Program-made: the position numbers and the translations under genes
The notes under the pieces: model-generated
Database searches by the model: none
The model's input: only the letters and a program-made list of their open reading frames with translations
Told to the model about the DNA's origin: nothing
NCBI GenBank assembly: GCA_028826165.1
Contig: JAPDFW010000056.1
Coordinates: 372,001 to 436,000 of the forward strand
Reading direction: 5' to 3'
Origin: Anaeramoeba ignava BMAN
Lineage: Eukaryota; Protista; Anaeramoebae
Length of the DNA: 64,000 nucleotides
Part shown: positions 55,811 to 64,000 of the stretch, in pieces
Numbering within the stretch: position 1 is the stretch's first letter
Layout of the letters: every line of letters begins with the position of its first letter

Positions 55811-58800
55811 ATGGAAATTAATCAACAAATAATATCAATAAAAAAATTATTTACAGAAAAAAATATAACTCAATTAATTTCACTTTTAAATCAAATTCTT
55901 TCTCAACAAAAATCAAATTGTAAAAAAAAATATAAAAATATAAAAATATAAAAATATAAAAATATAAAAACTAAAACTAATAACAATTAATAATATAAAA
56001 GCAAATACGTTATCTTTATATGTTGAAAATGGATTATTAACAGAAATGACAGAACTTTTTCAATTAAATTCTCAGAAAATTACATATTTAGTTTTAGAAA
56101 TTCTTGGTGAATTAACTTTTTATGAAGGAAATCGATCTAAAATTTCTAATAATCAAATTTTTGAACATGTTATTTCTCTTTTTGATAAAAATGATACTGA
56201 AATATGGAGATTAATAATTCGTCTTTTTGCGAATCTTTGTGTTGATAGTGGTATATTTTTAAATGAATTTTAATTTTGATTTTAATTTTAATTTTAATTC
56301 AATTTTAATTTTAATTTAATTTTAATTTTAATTTTAATTTTAATTTTAATTTTAATTTTAATTTTAATTTTAATTTTAATTTTAATTTTAATTTTAGATG
56401 AAAATCAAGAAAAAATTCATCAAAAAAAAATTATTGATAAAGTTTTAAAGGTTTTTCAAAATACATCTACAACTGAAACAAATCTTTTACGATCTTGTGT
56501 TGTTTTTATTTTAAATATGTCATTTGGAAATGGTAAAAAATCTAATTAAAAAATTCAAAAAAATTTAATTAAAAAATTCAAATAAATTTAATTAAAAAAT
56601 TCAGCTGAAATTCAATTAGAATTTGGGAAAAAACAAGCTATTGTTTACTTAGTATCGTTATTAAAAATTAAAAACCAAAAAGAATTGTTAATTTTATCTT
56701 TAAGAGCTTTATCGGTTTTGATGGAATTAAAAGAAAATCATAAATATTTAGCAAACATAAATTATATATTAAGTTTTCTTGAATTTATGGAAAATTTAGA
56801 TGGAGAAATTCAAGAATTATCTTTTGAAATTTTTTATCGTATTTCTTCGGAAGGTAGATTTATATTTATATTTATATTTATATTTATATATTTTAAATAT
56901 TTATATTTATATATTTTAAATATTTATATTTATATATTTTAAATATTTATATTTATATATTTTAAATATTTATTTATAAAATATTTTATATTTTTATATT
57001 TTAAATACTCAAATTATGATTGAACAAAATTGTCATTTAATTTATAAATTAATTTTATATCTGTAATGTGGTTGGGAATTTGATTCGAACTGGTAAATTA
57101 GATTTTTATACATTTTTAAAATGAATTTTTCTATCTTTTTATTTATATTTATTTTTAATAGAAAAATTAATTTATACAATTTTTAAATATTTTTAGAATT
57201 TTAATGGTACTAATTTTATTTTCAAAAATAAATTTAAATTAAAAATTAAATTCAAATATTTAAAATTTTAAAATTAAATTAAATTAAAAATTAAATTTAA
57301 AATTATATTTATATTTTTATGTATTTATATTTAAGAAAAATGTCGATTAGAAATTATAAACAATCAACTGATTTTGAGAATTCTTTCGTTAGAAAAATTA
57401 AATCTTTCTCCTGAAAATTTGAATTTCTATTATCGATTTTTAGCTTATCTTTCATTAGAAGAGAAAGCAACTCAAATTATGATTGAACAAAATTGTCATT
57501 TAATTGCAAGTAAATTAATGGAATCACAAGATATTGAAATTGTGATATCATCTGTAATGTGGTTGGGGAATTTGATTCGAACTGGTAAATTAGATTTCAT
57601 AATAGATGATAGATAACATTTTTTTTTAAAATGAATTTTTCTATCTTTTTATTTATATTTATTTTTTTTAATAGAAAAAATGAAAATTAAATTCAAATCA
57701 AAAATTAATTTATTAAACAAATCCATTTTACAATCTTTATCAAAAATTAAATTTAAATCAAAATTAAATTAAATTTTTTAAAAATTTAAATCAAAAATAT
57801 TAAATCAAAAATTAAATTAAATTTAATTTAAAACTAAATCAAAAATTAAATTTAAATCAAAATAGATTTAAAAATTTTTCAAAATTAAATTTAAATCAAA
57901 AATTAAATTCAAATCAAAAATTAAATTTAAATCAAAAATTAAATTTAAAAATTAAATTCAAATCAAAAATCAAATTCAAAATCAAAAAAATTAAATTTTA
58001 GAATTAAAAATAAAAATTAAATTAAAAAAAATTAAATTAAAATTTAAATTTAAATTAAAAATTAAATTCAAATCAAAAATTAAATTCAAAAATTTAAAAA
58101 TTAAATTTAAATCAAAAATTAAATTTAAAAATTTAAAAATTAAAGAACAAAACAGAATTCATTTTCAAGATTTCCCAAATATGATCAAATCAATGATTGA
58201 ATTATCTTCTGATCAAAGAATTCAATCACAATATCTTTCTGTTTCTGCATTATCATGGTTATCATTAAGTAAAGAAAACAAATCAAGCAACAATTTTTAA
58301 ATAATATTACTTATATTACTTTTTATTATTTGATTTGGAAAATTAAAGACCCAAGAATTGCTAAAATGATCTCAGAAATGAATGGATTTACTTCTTTAAT
58401 GAAAGTTATCAAAGGCAAATACCCAAAAAGAGTCCGATATTGTGCATCCAGAATAATAACTAATATTGTTTTAAATACAGAATCACAAGAAAAATTATGC
58501 AATTTCATCAAAAATCAATTGAGTTATGCAATTAGTTATTTAATGAAATCTGAATATAATACTTTGAAATTTGAAGGAATTTCAATTTTGAGACATTTAA
58601 CAACACAAGGTAATGAATATTCTTTTTGATTTAAATTAGAAAGTTTATTTTGAACAAAACAAAACATTCTTTTTTTTCTTTTGATAAATTTTAGAAACAA
58701 CTAAGAATTGTTTGTTTTCAAATCATTTTAAATTGGAAGGGATTAAATCTCTTCTTCATTCACAAAATAATGATATTCTTGATGCTTTGAGTGAAACACT

Positions 58801-58963
58801 TATAAGTTGTTTGGATAATAATCAAGCAAAAAAAGTTTTATTTAAGATCATTGATGATTTAAAAGATGCAAGCTTAAGTATTTCAATTAATACAAGTGTT
58901 GAAACTAGATTACAAGAATGCTTTAAAATTTTAGAACTTCAAAAAGAAGAAAAAAGAAAATGA
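55811..58963 (+). CDS. Armadillo-repeat protein, multi-exon
   Basis: Exons with ARM helices (IIRLFANLC, SLRALSVL, SVMWLGNL, ASRIITNI) separated by GT-AG introns. Confidence 0.7.
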
Positions 58964-59234
58964 AAGAATAATTTTTAATTTAATTTTGATTTTAATTTTA
59001 ATTTAATTTTAAAAATAAAAAAAGAAAGAATGAAATAGTAAAAAAAGATTTTAATGAAATGATATTCAAAAAAAAGAAAAGGAAAAAAAATCATTAATTG
59101 GTTTTTTTTCTTCAAACAAAAAAAAAAACGAGAATTTCTTTTTGGAATCAATAAAAAAAAAAGTCCACAGAAATTTTCAAAGAAAATTATCAGAAAGAAA
59201 GAAGATTTTTCAAGTTGATTTTTTTGAATGAAAA

Positions 59235-60401
<1,167 letters not shown>

Positions 60402-61107
60402 TATATTTTTTTTATTATGCAAAAAAAAAACAAATAAAAGGAAAAAAGCAAAAGCAAAAGAGAAATAGAAATAAAAATAAAAAAATAAAAAGAGAAAAAT
60501 GAAAAGTAAAAAAAATTAAAAAAAAAATTTTTATTTAAAAAAAAACAAAACAAAAATTTAAATAAAAAAAGATCTGAAAGTAAAATTGTTTTGTTTTGTT
60601 TTCCTTTTATATTCTTCAATTAATTTTAAAACTTTAATCTTTTCTTAATTCACTTTTCCAAAAATAAAAAAAAAAACAAATTTTTTATAAAAAAGAGATA
60701 AAAGGAAAAAATTAATAAAAAAAAAATTTCAACAAAATTCAATTTAAAATAATAAATTTTAAATATAAAAATTAATTCAAAAAAAACCCCAAAAAAAAAA
60801 AATAATTTTGATCTTTAATTTTATTAATTTTAATTAAATTAAATTCTTTAAAAGATTAAATTAAGAATGTAAATAAAATTATTCTAATAGATTAATAAAT
60901 TAATTCTTGATCATTTGATTAATTGTTAATTTTTGTTTTTAATTTTAATTCATTCGAAAAAAAATAAAATAAAAAAATTAAATAAATAAAAAGAGGAAAA
61001 ATTATTTTTTATTTTTTTTTTCGTCTTTTTCATTTTTCTTTTTTCAATTTTTCTTTTCTTTCAATTTATTTTATCTTTTCTTTTTTTTATTTTATAAAAT
61101 TACAAAA

Positions 61108-63800
61108 ATGAAAAAATTTCGTTCTTCTATTACAAGAAAAAAACAACAATTTATGCAAAAAATTGGTAAAGCTGAAAAAACAGCTGATCCAGATTTTGAT
61201 GAAGCATTTGAAGTGTGTTGAAAAAAATATAATAAAAACACATTCAATAAAAAAATTAATTATAAAAAAAATTTAATAAAAAATTTAATAAAAATTAGGA
61301 TTTTAAAAATCAAGAAAAAGACACAAAAAGATTGTAAGCAATTTAAATATAAAATTATTTATAAAATTATTTATAAAATTATTTATAAAATTATTTATAA
61401 AATTAAATATAAAATTATTTATAAAATTAAATATAAAATTATTTATAAAATTATTTATAAAATTATTTATAAAATTAAATATAAAATTATTTATAAAATT
61501 ATTTATAAAATTATTTATAAAATTATTTATAAAATTATTTATAAAATTATTTATAAAATTATTTATAAAATTATTTATAAAATTAAATATAAAATTATTT
61601 ATAAAATTAAATATAAAATTATTTATAAAAATTAAATATAAAATTATTTATAAAATTAAATATAAAATTATATATAAAATTAAATATAAAATTATTTATA
61701 AAATTATTTATAAAATTAAATATAAAATTAAATATAAAATTATTTATAAAATTAAATATAAAATTATTTATAAAATTATTTATAAAATTATATATAAAAT
61801 TAAAATAAAATTATTTATAAAATTATTTATAAAATTATTTATAAAATTATTTATAAAATTATTTATAAAATTATTTATAAAATTATTTATAAAATTATTT
61901 ATAAAATTATTTATAAAATTATTTATAAAATTATTTATAAAATTATTTATAAAATTATTTATAAAATTATTTATAAAATTATTTATAAAATTATTTATAA
62001 AATTATTTATAAAATTATTTATAAAATTATTTATAAAATTATTTATAAAATTATTTATAAAATTATTTATTAAATTATTTATAAAATTATTTATAAAATT
62101 AAATATAAAATTATTTATAAAATTATTTATAAAATTATTTATAAAATTATTTATAAAATTATTTATTAAATTATATAAAATTATTTTATAAAATTATTTA
62201 TAAAATTATTTATAAAATTAAATATAAAATTAAATTAATTATTTATAAAATTAATTATAAAATTAATTATAAAATTATTTATAAAATTATATATAAAATT
62301 ATTTATAAAATTATTAATAAAATTATTTATAAAATTATTTATAAAATTAATTATAAAATTATTTATAAAATTATTTATAAAATTATTTATAAAAATTATA
62401 TAAAATTATTTATATAAAATTAATTATAAAATTATTTATAAAATTATTAATAAAATTATTTATAAAATTATTTATAAAATTATTAATAAAATTATTAATA
62501 AAATTATTTATTAAATTAATTATAAAATTAATTATAAAATTATTTATTAAATTATTTATAAAATTATTTATAAAATTATTATATAAAATTATTTATTAAA
62601 TTATTTATAAAATTATTTATAAAATTATTCTTTGAATTTAGAAATGTTCATATTAGAAGATTTGTTGTTTCTTTTGATTCTTTTAAAGAAGCTTGTAAAT
62701 CTTTATGTCTTGGAATTGATGATTTTTATGGATCATGTGGAAAAGAATTGAGAAAAGATCCATTTACTTTCCGACAAAATCTCGATACAATATCAACTCT
62801 TATTGAAAATTCAATGGTAAATTTCATTCCAAATTTTTTTTAAAAAAAAAATTGGATAAATTAAATGGATTGATTTATTAATAATAAAAGGATGATTTGA
62901 GAATTAAAACACTTGAGCCAGTGCAAAATATGATTAAACAAATGGATGATTTGAATCGACGTGTTAAACATCACAAATCAGTTAAATTAGAATATGATTC
63001 TGCTAAAAATAATCTTTCTAAATTGATGAATAAAAAGAAAAAAGAAGAGACTAAAATTGCACAAGTAAATTTATAAATTTGAATTAAATATTTATAAATT
63101 TGAATTAAATATTTATAAATTTAAATTTGAATTAAATATTTATAAATTTGAATTAAATATTTATAAATTTGAATTTAAAAGGCTGAAAAAAAATATCATG
63201 ATGTTCAAGACATTTATGATGAAGTTAATCAAAAATGTAAAGAAGATTTTAAGAAATTAAATGATCAAAAATATCAAGTTATGAATGGGCCAATTCAAGA
63301 AATGCTAAAAGCATTTACAAATGTTATTAAAGGAACAGCTGAAAAAATGGATAAAATCTCAGAAAAAGATATTTTTTAATAATAATAATAATCCCGAAAA
63401 TGAATCAAATGAAAAAGAAAATAAAAACAAAAATAAAAATAAAAAGAATAACAACAAAAATCAAAAAGAAAAAGAGAATCAAAAAGAAAAACAAAAAGAA
63501 AATCAAAAAGAAAAAGAAACAGAAAAAGAAACAGAAAAACAAAAAGAAACAGAAAAAAATGAAACATCAAATTCAGAAACATCAACTTCAGATTCTGATG
63601 ATGAAACTGATTCAAGATATGATTCTGATTCAGATTCTGATTCAGATGACCAAAAAGATAAAAATCAAGTTTATTATTCAACTCAACAAAAAACAAATAC
63701 AGAACAAAATGAAAAAGAAAATGAAAATAAAACAAACAAAGATTCAATGAAAAAATCTCAATCAAGTGATGATCTGTTAGAAGAAATTGATTTGAATTGA
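61108..63800 (+). CDS. N-BAR domain protein (amphiphysin/Rvs-like) with charged low-complexity tail; 4 introns; probable +1 frameshift at ~63375
   Basis: RKKQQFMQKIGKAEKTADPDFDE, LEPV, RRVKHH..KLEYD, KIAQAE..YDEVN. The BAR frame stops at 63378 (TTT TAA) and the tail continues in the +1 frame to 63800. Confidence 0.8.
61345..62630. repeat. 12-bp (AAAATTATTTAT)n array in BAR gene intron 2
   Basis: Same family as the Rab5 intron array. Confidence 0.95.
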
Positions 63801-64000
63801 TTTAAAAATAATTCGGAAATTTTTTCCTTTTTTTTTTTTTCAAAATTTTAATTTTAAATTCCCCAAAAAAAAAATAAGTATTTAAAGTCAAATGTTCCAG
63901 AAAAAAGAACTTTAACGTCATTTCATTTTTTTTATTTTTTTCATTTTTAATTTTTATTTTTTTCATTTTTTCATTTTTTTCATTTTTTTCATTTTTTTCA

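Overview
This is extremely AT-rich, gene-dense, intron-rich eukaryotic (protist) genomic DNA using the standard code and GT-AG introns. Gene content, NQ/KE low-complexity tracts and a Trichomonas-like TCATTT initiator suggest an anaerobic metamonad such as an anaeramoebid; this is inference only. I reconstructed 18 protein genes by hand: a 5'-truncated XMAP215/CKAP5, a membrane-anchored pyrroline-5-carboxylate reductase, ARMC8, a QQYY-repeat protein, Rab5, a bacterial-type M18 aminopeptidase (ApeA) with 11 introns, F-box/WD40, a ~16 kb RNF213/mysterin-like AAA+ protein, ORMDL, V-ATPase subunit a, APEH, a VIT-vWA protein ending in a prokaryotic CFI-box-CTERM domain, a probable TSET subunit TSAUCER, MAD2, an F-box/TMEM185-type membrane protein, an ARM protein, a myristoylated EF-hand protein and an N-BAR protein. 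A 2.2 kb non-autonomous DNA transposon (26-bp TIRs, TA duplication, internal repeated motifs, central 10-bp array) sits in the ProC intron. Many introns are inflated by 4-23 bp tandem repeats. Several genes carry single-base homopolymer frameshifts, most likely long-read consensus errors. I saw no RNA genes or CRISPR arrays. Family assignments come from recalled motifs, not database searches.
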